20,000 bases of DNA from Veleropilina oligotropha (GCA_048128005.1 JBEUKZ010000119.1:175177-195176), one strand, 5' to 3'. Counted from the stretch's first letter, positions 1 through 11,913 are shown. Notes: generated by a model from the sequence alone, not told the origin. A program made the numbers and translations.

Positions 1-38
1 ATACTTTTTATTCATTCTCCAGCTGTTATATTACACAA

Positions 39-1229
39 ATGTATTCATTTATCAAAACAAAACAGCATCTTAACATCCAAGCTACTGAATATAGTCCACA
101 AAGTATTAATGTTTTACCCACCGGAGCAGTACGAGTCTCTTTTGTACATTTTTCAATGATTGGCGGCCATTTTGAAAGCATGCAAATGGACCATTTTCAC
201 CATTCCACAAGATACAGCATAAACTAACCATCAATCATATGAAATACTGTAGGTTACATTGTGGCCTTTTGATTCCATGCAGCTTGAAATGTGTCTTGCT
301 ATAAATGTAGGCCTACATGTAGCATCATGCCTCTGCGCACATCCGGATAAACCTCGTCCGAGAGGGCCTGATAAAGGTGCTATTAAAAACTTGTGACGCC
401 AAAACGAGGCTTGCCGAAAAACTGGTAAAGTTTTTGATTGGACGATCCGTACACACCTCATACACACCCACCAATATGATTTCAAATAAAAGTCAAAAAT
501 AGATTACTAGTATATGAATTATGTTTGGGCGTTTCCTGGGTTTAATTATCAAATCATTCTAAATATGTGTTTCCATGACTTCTATTCGTTTTATATAGTC
601 CATATTGAAACCCATATCGGTCATTGTATGTCAGACTGAAGTTATCGTATCTAAATATAGGCCACTTGAAAGCGGACATGGGATATCCCACCCAACATAG
701 TAAATCACTGCTATTAATTAATTGTGGAATGGCAAAAATATTCAAATGTGCAAATAATACATCGTCAGATGACTTTGCGTAACACAACACAATTTATTAT
801 GTATCTAATGATCTCGAATTCGGTACGAACCGTGCGAAGATATCTTCATGGCAGTGGTCGCCATTTGTAAACACAGCGCCGTCTATCGGTCACAAGTTTT
901 TAATAACACCTTTATCAGGCCCTCTCGGACGAGGTTTATCCGGATGTGCGCAGAGGCCTGATGCGCATGATGCTAGCCTACATGGTATAATGACTTCGAG
1001 CCTCTCTACGAAGATAGACAGCCATATTGGATTTAATATGGCGGATATACAAAATCCATTTTTAACACATAACACATGAATGTATTTATTTACCAAGGCA
1101 AAACGAACTCTTAACATCCAAGCCATTTAATATAGCTGAGTATTGATATCTTCGCCAGCGGATAAGTACGGGTACATTTTTCAATAATAGGTGGCCATTT
1201 TGAAACCTTCACATTCTACAACATACAGG
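39..1229 (+). repeat. Two diverged direct copies of a 150-180 bp unit (39-215 and 1080-1229)
   Basis: Shared blocks ATGTATT(C/T)ATTTA, CTTAACATCCAAGC, GTACATTTTTCAAT and GG(C/T)GGCCATTTTGAAA occur in the same order in both copies. Confidence 0.6.
320..975. mobile_element. Non-autonomous TIR DNA transposon (MITE) with 9-bp TSD, possibly AcademH-like
   Basis: TIRs of about 80 bp (320-397 vs 889-975; termini TAGCATCATGC...GCATGATGCTA; core 329-397/889-957 has one mismatch). Perfect 9-bp direct repeat GCCTACATG at 311-319 and 976-984. No internal ORF of note. Confidence 0.85.
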
Positions 1230-1690
1230 AACAAGAACGACGCGTTCGAAATATGTCTTGACCTTTCTTTATTTCCCTCAAATTTTCATAACAGTTAATA
1301 CAATGGCTAAGTGCAAGTACTTCATGGCTTAATTTACTACCCCGTCGATTATGACGTCACCAAATGACGATTAATCTAAAGCGACGTCGTAATGACGTCA
1401 TTGCTATTTGCTTGCAATATTAGACATCCGTTATATAAAATATGGATAAAAGTGCTCAATAAATGCATATTTTTGCAAAATTGTGTCGCGAAAGTTATCT
1501 ACACGACCTACAAATACTCTTGGGAATGTGTGTACCAATTTTGGTGAAAATTGAGCGGGTAGTTTTCAAATAAATCGACGGATATATATATATATATATA
1601 AGTATATAAGTATATAAGTATATATGTATACACACACGGACCATTTGATAATGTCTTGTCCTTTTTTACAAAAAGGTCAAGACATAAAAA
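1230..1690 (-). mobile_element. HINE (Helentron-associated, DINE-1-like non-autonomous element)
   Basis: Perfect 15-bp subterminal inverted repeat TATGTCTTGACCTTT (1252-1266 vs 1672-1686), internal IR hairpin at 1651-1685, (TA)n/(CA)n microsatellite at about 1583-1637, short palindrome GAACG-ACG-CGTTC (1235-1247) next to a CTTGTT 3' end, and a T-run at the 5' end. This is the canonical HINE layout. Confidence 0.7.
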
Positions 1691-2044
1691 CTATACCAAC
1701 AATGATATGAATTTATGCAGGTCGTATTGTGGGCTGTTGGACCAGGCAGTTTAAACTGTTTCTTCAGGTTTGCTATAAATGGTAATGTGTTCGGGCGCCT
1801 CCTGCGAGACCGCAGGTATAATATGTAATGCATATTCCGACTTGTTTATTTCGCTTTGAACTAAGGAATTTGCTGATATATAATGAGTTGGCTGGTTTAA
1901 ACAATGTGAATATTTAGTCTGATTATTTTATTTTAGCCGTATTAGTGAAAAATTTCACATTTAAACATTTAATTTAAAGATTATATTTTATAATCACTGC
2001 TCAATTCTCAAACCAATATACCATCTAGCCCAAAATCTAATAAA

Positions 2045-2745
2045 TTTCATCATCATCACTGTCATTAGCTAGTGTTTTCTATGGATTCATCATCATCCTG
2101 AACACTCTACTTGCACATGTATCTTACCATTTCAAGTATTACATTAGAAGCCGGTGTTGGGGGGCATCTGTCACGATAGTATTCATTTTGTAGTGGATCC
2201 AATAATTCATGTTGCGGTGCGCTGGCTTGTTCCCATAACAAATTATTCTCCGACATATAATTGTAAAATAGATGCGACTGCACTTCAGGTATGTTATTGA
2301 TATGGGTTCCTCTTTGATAATATACGGCACATATAATTGTCGCAAGTGTGACCAGACGTTTCAATGTCACCTCCGCAACATCACTTTGATCTTATAGTGC
2401 CGGCATATATAACTCTAGCCAAATATAGCTTTGCATATTCGACAAAAATGCCCAGTGTCTGCTCTTGTAAAACATGAAATACTTATGCCTTTGCTGAATC
2501 GCAGCTCAAAGCTCTACAGATTGGCTGAATTAGAGCCATCCATGATACCATAGACATGCATGTCTTTCTTGCGAAAATATCATAACAGACAATATGACGT
2601 CCGTGTTGGAAAATAAAAATGTGTGATGCGCATTTTGCGAAGCACATCTTGTTGCTAACACATTTATCCAGATCATCAGTGTGTCTGATGTTTCATGGTT
2701 GCTATTTCAAAGAGATGATTACTGTTGATTGTAGTTTGTTCTGAA
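2045..2745 (-). pseudogene. Degenerate Academ-like transposase C-terminal region (XPG/PIN-like nuclease domain plus remnant of the Cys-rich tail)
   Basis: Minus-strand fragments in shifting frames: SNHETSDTLMI (cf. NHEEADT), SNTDVILSV (cf. DTDV), ALSCDSAK (cf. GCD), IICAVY...HLFY...WEQA...LDPLQNEYY...VILEMVRYMCK, then an acidic DDDE tail. Many stops and deletions. Confidence 0.55.
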
Positions 2746-3212
2746 GGCGAAGCGTCTGGGTAGTTAAAGCTGAGGTCATATGAAATATAGCATGGTCGGA
2801 GCCATTTATATTTGATCCCATCCATAGCAAAAACAGTTTGTTCAGGTATTCTTCTGCTCACAATGAAGCATCAGGTCAGATGAATGAGATGATGTGATGA
2901 AAGCCAGAATTGTTTTCACCTGATGAATGTCATTTTCATCATGGACTTCAACATTGCCTGCTTTAACTTCCCAACTTTAACAAGATATTTTGTCCATCAG
3001 CAATGGCCAACACATGCAAAAGATTTGAACTGGAAAATGTACCATGTTTAGCTCTCTTGGGTTTGTTAATCTCGAGGCAGGCCACCTCTTATTTATTTTA
3101 TGGAATCCAGACAAATGTTCGTCAGATTAGGGTTATCTCTGAAAATTACACCAAGAGCCAATTTATTATGCAATGCATGAGTATATGTTTTTAGTGTGTG
3201 CAACTTAGGATT

Positions 3213-3910
3213 TGACAGACAGCGAGGACCAGTTGCAAGAATGGTTGCTGAGTTAGCGAACAAGTCTGGATAGGTTTGGACTAAAGATAAACTCGAAAAG
3301 GTCAAATACGTTAGCATGTAGTAGAGCAGACGGACAAAGGGTAGACATTTTCAAGTACTTGGGATCAACCATGTGTGAAAGAGGGTGTGTGAGAATGATG
3401 TTCAGGACGGAATCAATGCAAGCTGGATGAGTGGAGTGTTGAATAATTGGAGGATGCCGATTAAGTTGAACGCTAAGATTTATAAGATAATGGTGGGCCG
3501 AATATGGCGTATGAGGCAGCGTGCTGAGCACGGACGAAGAGGGTTGAGAGGAGAATGGAAGTGATGGAGATGTGTATTCTGATACATTTTGGAAGTGACG
3601 CTGATAGATAAAATCAGAAACGAAGAGGTGCGGAGCAGAACGAGGGTGACAAAACGACCAGTGCAGGGTATATATAAGTAAGATGAGATCGTACGGACAC
3701 GTCTTGATATCGTGACTAGAGCGTGGAGGGAACCAGTAAGAGGGCGGAGGAGTTGAAGACGTCTACGTAGTAGATGTGAGAGATGGGACTGAGGTAAAGT
3801 ATAGAGGAGATGGATCTGACAGAGGGTGACATACATGACAGACGAATGGAGAAGGATAATTCAGGCCGCCGACCCCTTACCACGATAAGGCGATGGCAAA
3901 TAAGAAGAAC
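3213..3910 (+). mobile_element. 5'-truncated, decayed RTE-clade LINE (RT C-terminus and 3' end)
   Basis: Plus-strand fragments DSEDQLQE...LDRFGLKINSK, VDIFKYLGST (3341-3370), RMPIKLNAKIYK, RMEVMEM, VTLIDKIRNEEVRSR, YGHV and QAADP, then a short (GAA)n-like tail at about 3902-3909. Frameshifted. Confidence 0.8.
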
Positions 3911-4639
3911 TTGCTTCAATTCAGCTAGGTATCCTCTATACTGGTACTGGAGTTCTTGACGCTCCATGACCCCGAAGATCAGTGACGACAGCATGAAGTT
4001 TATATTGTCTGAGAACAACAGTCTTTTTCATGTCTGGTCTGAAATCAAGTAATTAAGCAACTATTTCGTAGAGGAACATTTGAAACGAGGTCACATATTG
4101 GAATGCTTTTCTCCAACTGCTAGACATCGTAGCTGGTTTGTTTTGTGTGATTACTGTCCATTGGATTGACCATTCAGGAGCTAACTCTGGAAATATAGTT
4201 AAGGCACCAGCATATGTCTTATTTAACCTTTATAATTAATTATAATTAATGCTTAATGAAAATATAAACAATCTTGAGTTATCTCCCCTTAATACTTGTT
4301 GATGCTTAAATGTATTGTTTTACGACAAAATATCCATTTCTAATTTGCATATTGGCTTGAACATTGACCATTTTTTGGCTCGGTAAGTTTTGTACTTAAT
4401 GTTGTGTGATGTAATACAAAATCTTTAAGATGTATCTGCAAAATTATCTTCATAATACAGTGAATACTAAAAATCCATATTATATCGCACACAAAAAGAC
4501 TGTCACCTGTCCTGTAATATGTACATTATTCTGACAGATGATGCTATGTAATGTTTTCATCATGATAATATATATTTTAACTCTAAAACTAAATTATTTG
4601 TTGATATTGTGGCTGTATTATGCTATATAAATTATTCCA

Positions 4640-4794
4640 ACTGGCGGCCATCTTGAAATTCAAAATGGCCGCCATAACGGCATCGGTTCAAATGCAAACA
4701 TTGGTTTCCACATTCTGTTGGATATGTTTCCAAAAATGTATAGCCTTGAAAATCTCCAAAAAATAAAAACGAAAGTATATAACACACCGGACTA
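4640..4794 (-). mobile_element. Probable terminal segment of a DNA transposon (Academ-like 5'-TAGTCCGG end)
   Basis: Palindrome TGGCGGCCAT-N13-ATGGCCGCCA (4642-4673), and the sequence ends ...ACACCGGACTA at 4794 (TAG terminus on the minus strand), upstream of the Academ-like coding remnants. The partner TIR is not found in the window. Confidence 0.35.
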
Positions 4795-4917
4795 TATACA
4801 CAAGATTTTTTGGGATGTATATTTTTATATCTATTCTCTGCCCCCCCCCCCCCCCCCCCCGGTTCCTACGTCCCAGTATACTATGAGTATCATTATACGT
4901 GCTGCTATGTATAGCTG

Positions 4918-5144
4918 ATATATATATGCTTAACGTCGTGTATATTTACAACCTTCATGTTAAAACCAGGACATGTTCATATTATCACGGGAGGAAAGCC
5001 CAGTCTCCAGAAAATTTGGCCAGGTTCGGACAACTGGACAAAAAATAGTCTTGCCCCAACCGAGATTCGTACGCACTACTGTTGTTCGGAGCAGTGCAAC
5101 CAGTGATTTCAGAGTCGGCACTCGAGACCACGCGGCTATTGTGG
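4918..5144 (-). mobile_element. tRNA-derived SINE (decayed)
   Basis: Minus strand has A-box-like TAGCCGCGTGG (5128-5138), B-box-like CGTACGAATCT (5063-5073), and a 3' end CGACGTTAAGC followed by an (AT)n tail. Confidence 0.45.
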
Positions 5145-5339
5145 TTCATTCATAGTAATTTGAAAGATTTATGAAATGGGCTCATGTTTATAACCAAAAG
5201 GCAAAACATGGTTGCATAAGGTGTGATTTACAATGGAAAGGCGGATGGATATCGCCACCTATTTAAAGTGTGACAATCAGTGAAATTGTTGTTTGACAAA
5301 TAAAGATTCAAAGAAAGTGAGCAATCAATGCAAAGAGAA

Positions 5340-5780
5340 TACACGGATTTAAAGATGCACGATCTACTTCAGATCGCTAAAACGTATTTAAAGGCTGTTC
5401 TATCTTACACTTTCTGCATAAATAGTAACAATTCAGATGCTACTGCTGTATTGTCTATTAATATTTTACTATTTCATATGTGCTTATAAATTTATGCAGC
5501 TTATATGCTTCTATAATGTACTAATATAATATCGATAGGTGTATGAGTGTGTGCATGTCCTTCAAAATGTGTGTATATCTATGTAATATGTTGCATTGTT
5601 CTAGTTATAACGTTTCTATTTTCAATTATTTTAATATTGTATATCATAGGGTGGCACCACCTCCCGAGGAACAGTCTCTATTGACTCCGGTGCCATCTGT
5701 CCTCTCCATTCTTATGATAAATCCTTGTATCTACTCTGTACTATTTTAATGGAAGGTAAATAAACATCTATCTATCTATA
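5340..5780 (+). mobile_element. Possible 3' UTR/tail of an L2/CR1-type LINE
   Basis: Ends in AATAAACATCTATCTATCTAT (poly(A)-signal-like motif plus microsatellite tail). No clear coding motif. Confidence 0.3.
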
Positions 5781-6968
5781 TTGATTTATTGCATATAGTT
5801 AGGACGTTTCAGAGATTACCACACATGGCCAAAAAAAATTCACTTAGTAATAAATATTTGAAATATTTTTATGGAATTATGAGCGCGCGCAAAATTCGAG
5901 CCGATTGTATACGGAAATGAACGACGGCTTGGCTGAATCAACACGTCACTTAGCTCCGCCCTAAATCACCCCCGCGATCTAAAAATACGGGGTCATTTAT
6001 AGGTCGTCCTTGTCTGAGTTTTGTTTATATCGGTTTCCATGGCCGATGTCGACAACAGAAATAGAGGCAGGCCGCCGTTATCGACTGTGACTGCTTCTGA
6101 TTATAAAATGGATGTATGCGAAAACTTGATATAATAAATAACGCGATCAATGAAAATTGGATGCGGCTACTTCAACTTGCTATATGTTTCAATGGCATTA
6201 TGCAATACATCAATTTGAATGTAGATTCAGCATCTTTAATACGGTGGTAGTTCTAGTACTACTAAATTAGTAATAGCACGTCAACATACATTAACGTCGA
6301 CTAAGACCATTTCAATTTTCAAGATAACAAAAGGACCTATTTGTGTAAGAAAAGGGGCGTGGCTAATTACGTCATTTAATTTAATAAATATTCTGCAATA
6401 AAATAATTATGTACCAACATTATTTTCACGATGTGCATTTAATTATCTATAATATGACACCACACATGATACATATGTGGTTATTTAATGGTTTGACTAA
6501 TCACAACATTTATGAGTGGAGGGGGGGGGTGGATAATGACGTCAATAAACAAATATAAACAGTGCCATTGTCGCACCGTCTGGTTTTTCATCTATACATG
6601 TTTATCTACCATTTGAAACAATACAATAGCATTAATGCCCTACTTTACGCTTATCATGCAGTTCTACGTGGCTATTAAGGCCTAAATGTTGTAAAATGAA
6701 TACTATACCATAACGCCAAGGCGCAGGGAATATCAAGTTGAAGCATCACTATACATGCTGCAATTTACAGATATATGCATTTACAATTTACAGATATATG
6801 CATATACACAACTATATTATATAATAATAATAACGCGTCACGCAATTAGTTAGTGACGATCAAGAGAAAGCATGCGTGTTCTGAGTATGTTCGACTGAGA
6901 AAAGGCGCTTTTACACAAAGCACACTTATCCCTTATGCAGTCGCTTATGGTTCTTGAGACTTGGCGAC

Positions 6969-7621
6969 AGGTCGTTTTCCATATGCACGGTTCCTACCGC
7001 GCGGATAGTGGTATATAATAAATAAATTATGTGAACTGCAGACTTGAGCTTGTCGTAGAGCGTGTGTTTTTAGTGTGTGACTAATTATTTGACAATATTA
7101 TTCTGACATTGCATTGCAATCCCACAAAATATCTGCTAAGAACGATATTTGGTGGTAATCAGCCAAGTGGACTGGTTTAAATTCAGATATTGTGCAAATT
7201 ATACATAAAGGCCAACATGCGTTTTATGATCTTATGCACCCAAAAGCGATGCCCCTGCTCTGCTGAAATAATGCATGTTTTATAACCACCAATGCTAAAG
7301 TCATATCATTAAAATTCAGTTATTCTTCCACATATATTAATATTGCAGTAATAATGTTTGATGAATATGCTTCGACGAAGCCATCTTGCGATTTCAGAGC
7401 GATTTATGCCACGAGTGTCCCGCATGCCGCGTCTCTTACACGGCAATGGAAAAGGTAATAAATGATTGCGTGATATCAATGTTGAGCGGTTTCCGCGCGG
7501 GTAGGAACCGAGCAAATGGAACATGGAATGGAACTGTGACAATTGAAAAGGTACATATGACTGCGTTATATCAATTCTTGCTACCTGGCTGCTCGATTGC
7601 CGCGCGAATGGAAAAGGGCCT
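6969..7621. mobile_element. MITE inserted within a zinc finger
   Basis: Terminal IRs AGGTCGTTTTCCAT (6969-6982) / ATGGAAAAGGGCCT (7608-7621) and a longer IR at 6977-7005 vs 7492-7521 (CGGTTCCTACC(C)GCGCGGA). The flanks rejoin into one finger, CDMCKQA...LSPSLKNHKRLH. Confidence 0.65.
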
Positions 7622-8302
7622 TTAGCCTGCTTGCACATATCACAGTTTTACGGTTTCTCTCCAGTATGGATTCGCATGTGCCTCTTAAGATGGCCGGACT
7701 GCGCGAATACCTGATCGCACACAGCACACCGTTGCGGTTTCTCACCAGTATGTATTCGCTCGTGCCTTCTAAGCGAACCCGACTCAGAAAATGTCTGATT
7801 GCGCACAGCACATTTATACGGTTTATCTCCAGTATGACGTCGCATGCGTCTTACAAGATGACCAGACTCTTAAAATGCATGATTGCACACAGCACACCGA
7901 TGCGGTTTATATCCAGTATGGGTACGAGAGTGCTCCCTAAGAAGACCAGATTGTGAAAATGCCTTATTGCACACATCGCACTGATACGGTTTCTCCCCAG
8001 TATGAATTCGCATGTGCATCCTTAGAACACCAGCCTGTGCAAATCCCTTCTTACATGTAACACACTGATGCGGTTTTTCTCCAGTATGGGTTCGCCCGTG
8101 CGCCCTTAGCTGACCTGACTGTGAAAACGCCTTATTGTACACAACACAATGATACGGTTTCTCTCCAGCATGGGTTCGCATGTGCATCTGAAGACCACCA
8201 TAGTGTGCAAATGCCTTGTTACTTTTAACACAGTGATGCCGTTTCTCTCCAGTATGAATTCGCATATGCTTCCTAAGATCACCAGAATCTGCAAATGCCT
8301 TC

Positions 8303-9220
8303 TTACTGCGGTTTATCTCCAGTATGGGTTCGCCCGTGCCGCCTAAGATTACTCGATTGTGAAAACGTCCTATTGCACACAACACACTGATACGGTTTAT
8401 CTCCAGTATGGGTTCGCCAGTGCTCCCTAAGAAGACCCGATTGTGAAAACGCCCTATTGCACACAACACACAGATACGGTTTCTCTCCAGTATGGGTTCG
8501 CATGTGTTTCCTAAGACTACCAGCCTGTGCAAATGCCTTCTTACATTCAACACACTGATGCGGTTTCTCTCCAGTATGGGTTCGCCAGTGCTCCCTAAGA
8601 TGACCGGATTGTGAAAACGCCCTATTGCACACAACACACTGATACGGTTTCTCTCCAGTATGTGTTCGCATGTGCATCTGAAGACTACCAGCGTGTGTAA
8701 ATGCCTTCTTACATGTGACACACTGATGCGGTTTCTCTCCAGTATGGGTTCGCCAGTGCTCCCTAAGAAGACCCGATTGTGAAAACGACCTATTGCACAC
8801 AACACACAGATACGGTTTCTCTCCAGTATGGGTTCGCATGTGTTTCCTAAGACTACCAGCCTGTGCAAATGCCTTCTTACATTCAACACACTGATGCGGT
8901 TTCTCTCCAGTATGGGTTCGCCAGTGCTCCCTAAGAATACTCGATCGTGAAAACGCCCTATTGCACACAACACACAGATACGGTTTCTCTCCAGTATGGG
9001 TTCGCATGTGCATCTGAAGACTACCAGCCTGTGTAAATGCCTTCTTACATGTGACACATTGATACGCCTTCTCTCCAGTATGAATTCGCATGTGATTCCT
9101 AAGACCACCAGGATGTGAAAATGCCTTCTTACATTTAACACATTGATTCAGTTTCTCTCCGGTATGGGTTCGCCAGTGCTCCATAAGATGACCCGAGTGT
9201 GAAAACGCCTTATTGCGCAC
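8303..9220 (-). CDS. Longest open segment of the zinc finger array (10 complete C2H2 fingers plus one lacking its Cys pair)
   Basis: 305-aa ORF of consecutive fingers, e.g. HQCVECKKAFAQAGSLRKHMRTHTGEKP. It begins at a non-ATG codon and ends at a deletion-derived stop, so it may not be functional. Confidence 0.55.
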   Translation of the reverse strand: MRNKAFSHSGHLMEHWRTHTGEKLNQCVKCKKAFSHPGGLRNHMRIHTGEKAYQCVTCKKAFTQAGSLQMHMRTHTGEKPYLCVVCNRAFSRSSILREHWRTHTGEKPHQCVECKKAFAQAGSLRKHMRTHTGEKPYLCVVCNRSFSQSGLLREHWRTHTGEKPHQCVTCKKAFTHAGSLQMHMRTHTGEKPYQCVVCNRAFSQSGHLREHWRTHTGEKPHQCVECKKAFAQAGSLRKHMRTHTGEKPYLCVVCNRAFSQSGLLREHWRTHTGDKPYQCVVCNRTFSQSSNLRRHGRTHTGDKPQ

Positions 9221-11135
9221 AACACAATGATATGTTTTCTCTATTTGCTTCAGTAATTAGATCACCAGACTGTGCAAATACCTTCTTACATGTGACACAT
9301 CGGTGAGGCTTTTCCGCGGTATGTGTTACCATTTGGAAGTTTATGGAACTCAAATCCCTAAAGTATCGTCACATGACGCTTAATTCAGCATTGGTACCCG
9401 TTATCTTCGAATCACATCATACTAGTATCTCATATTCACGTCCTGGAATTTATGTTACGATATTGCATATAATATTCCTTGGTTATTGTAAACTACATAT
9501 CTGGCTCCCAATAAATATTTAAGATCACATTGATTCACAATATTATGTCAAATAAATGAGGCAGTTTTCCCTTCTTTTTATACAGGACACAAAATTAGAT
9601 AGAGAAAAGTCGCACATCGCAAACTCTCACACTGTTATATGCGATTCCAACTATTCACATATTTCCACGTCTTATTCAATGAAACTTGTTTTATTGGTCA
9701 CGTGCTGGTTGGACGCTGCGGGTAGCTCTGCGCGATCACTGACCATCGATCGGTGTTGTGTTCAACTAGTTGAACATTTTTCGAGGATCAACGAATGAGA
9801 AAAGGAGATAACAGCTTCAGTCGCCAGCGTGGAATGCCTTTACCAAGCTACCTGGAAATATACACGCAATATATTAATACATATACTAATTTCCTTATAC
9901 ATTTTCACTGCGATACGATGACAAAGACAAACAATGATCTACAAATCATTAATTGTGTCGCGAACAGATCACGGATACAACTCATGCATACAACTCAGTG
10001 AATCCACATACAAAAATAAAATATAAAAGCAATCCTTTAAGATGCTGATTCAGTTTATTGACGTAATATGCAATCGAAATAAAACTACAAATGGGGTCTT
10101 GTGGATTAATCACCTACTCGTTTGATTTCGTAGATAACGGGGATTGAATCAGTGACCATGTGAAACAAATATGAGCCAGCGCTCTAGCCGTCAATCAATC
10201 AATCAATCATTGCGTTGCTTATGATTATTTTAGCGTACCCGGGGGACTAAAACGTAATTATACTTTTAAAATGTGGCAAAATACAAACAGCCGAAGTTCA
10301 AATTCGAACGCACCAAAATCATCCCCAGTACAGTCCATCACAGGAGACATGACCAAAGTCGATGGTAATTGGATGAATTTAAGTGTTTCAGGCAAAATCT
10401 GATGTAATATATATGAATGATTTAATTTATAAATAATAATACAGTGTTAAATGGAGATAGATGTAATTGTCATATTCTGCTATTATGCAGTAATAAATTA
10501 TAAATCGTCAACATCACGTGATCGCAGCGAAGCTCAATATTTTTACTAAAGCGACAGACAAGAATGCAATCTTCGCCCCTAAACAAAATTATATTTTTTG
10601 CAAAGTTTGAAGCTTAAGTCAATTATATACGTTGTATACAAACATAATGTAATTGAATTAATGCGATAAAGTGATCGTTTCCCAAATACTTTTGTATACG
10701 TGTTTAGTAAAGATGATACTGCTGATAAAACTACATGAACACAAAAGTAGATATTGAAATACCATCAAGGCATTTTGACGCAGCTATTGTCACTGACGGT
10801 TCAGTGCCAAAGATAATCCAGGGCACGCGCACTGCTACTCCGGGCACGGCAGGGGTTCGTTTTGCGATACATAACACCTTTCTGACCCGATGAACTGTAT
10901 CGACGCAGGATTGAAAGTTAATCGATATTTAAACGACGATACATGACAAAACGCTTTGGACGAAATTTTGCAAAATGTAAAAGTTGCCTGTATCTGTAAT
11001 CGCCCAATCCGTCGAACTGCAACATAATAATGGACGTGATTCATATCGATACGAATATTGAGAAATATAGACATGAAAACAATATTCTACGACTGGTTGC
11101 TCTTTCCTATGCCATAATACATGCTCATATTAGAA

Positions 11136-11270
11136 GTTGTTTTCCGATCACGAGGGGGACATCGGTGATTGTATTCCGCCTGACGTTGTACCCCGAAGCG
11201 CGTAGCGCTGAGGGGTACAAGTTCAGGAAGGAATACAATCACTGATGTCACCGAGTGATCGGAAGACAAC
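11136..11270. repeat. 135-bp imperfect palindrome (hairpin with GCGC-GTA-GCGC tip), probably part of a non-autonomous element
   Basis: Arms pair in blocks: GTTGTTTTCCGATCAC/GTGATCGGAAGACAAC, GACATCGGTGATTGTATTCC/GGAATACAATCACTGATGTC and TTGTACCCC/GGGGTACAA. An extra TTGTACCCCG copy occurs at about 11830. Confidence 0.85.
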
Positions 11271-11913
11271 GATTTTATCTTACTTTCAAATTAAAAAAAT
11301 GGTCTGAATATATGGCAGTATTTAATATGAACCGACCCGTCTCTATTTTCCGTCAAGATATATTGCAAACATGTGACATCACGTTGTTTACACACTTGCA
11401 TTTGGTCATAGATAAACACTGTTTAACATTAATTAAACTTTTAATATCCATTAATTCCACGCCTTATCCCCTCTAATGTTGCCGTCTTACTTTGTCCTTA
11501 AATCGACGTAAAAGTGTCCCAGGATATCTGCTAGCCTTACGTACTTTATCCGTGTGTAATTTATTTTCCTGTACATATTCTCTAAATCAACCTGCTGCAC
11601 ATGTGTTGGATTTCTTTGTATTTTTCGGAATAATGATTTCCTTAGTGTTGGTTATATCTTCTCGTGTGTTATTGTCAAATCGATTAGATGTTATTTGTAA
11701 ACATACGCAGACGACAAATCTTAATTTTAGTCGGGCATTGTTATCTTCCCTATATCATGCAATCGACCGAAGACGTCATTGAGATAAGCTTAAAAATCGC
11801 AAGGTGTACAATGCCACCATTGTTTTCAGTTGTACCCCGTCTAATCCCGTGCACACCGTGCATTGTCAACGGATAAACAACCAATGGAAATCGAGCATTT
11901 TAATAGAGATTAA

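Larger units (their letters stand above)
6871..9385 (-). pseudogene. Tandem C2H2 (Kruppel-type) zinc finger gene, about 20-23 fingers, disrupted
   Basis: 84-bp periodic CxxC-x12-HxxxH fingers with TGEKP linkers. Lesions: frameshift at about 9245, a ~14-nt deletion and stop at 8303-8305, in-frame stops at 7870-7872 and 7648-7650, several Cys substitutions, and a MITE insertion at 6969-7621. Residual fingers (SLKNHKRLH; KCALCKSAFSQSNIL) lie at 6871-6961. Confidence 0.85.

Noticed and set aside
5060..5144. Functional tRNA gene
   Set aside because: The B box is degenerate, there is no clean cloverleaf, and it continues into a SINE-like body and tail.
5943..6373. Weak inverted repeat (TTAGCTCCGCCC / GGGCGTGGCTAA; ATAGGTC / GACCTAT)
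   Set aside because: Too short and degenerate to define an element; no TSD found.
7597..8346. Plus-strand ORFs 7597-7956 and 8149-8346
   Set aside because: Antisense shadows of the zinc finger array.
7870..9141. 423-aa ORF as an independent protein
   Set aside because: Its N-terminal two-thirds is an off-frame reading of the zinc finger repeats. Only the part after the deletion at about 8303 is in the finger frame.
10138..10208. Possible SINE head on the minus strand next to a (TCAA)n microsatellite
   Set aside because: Only a partial B-box-like match (GATTCAATCCC); no convincing A box or body.
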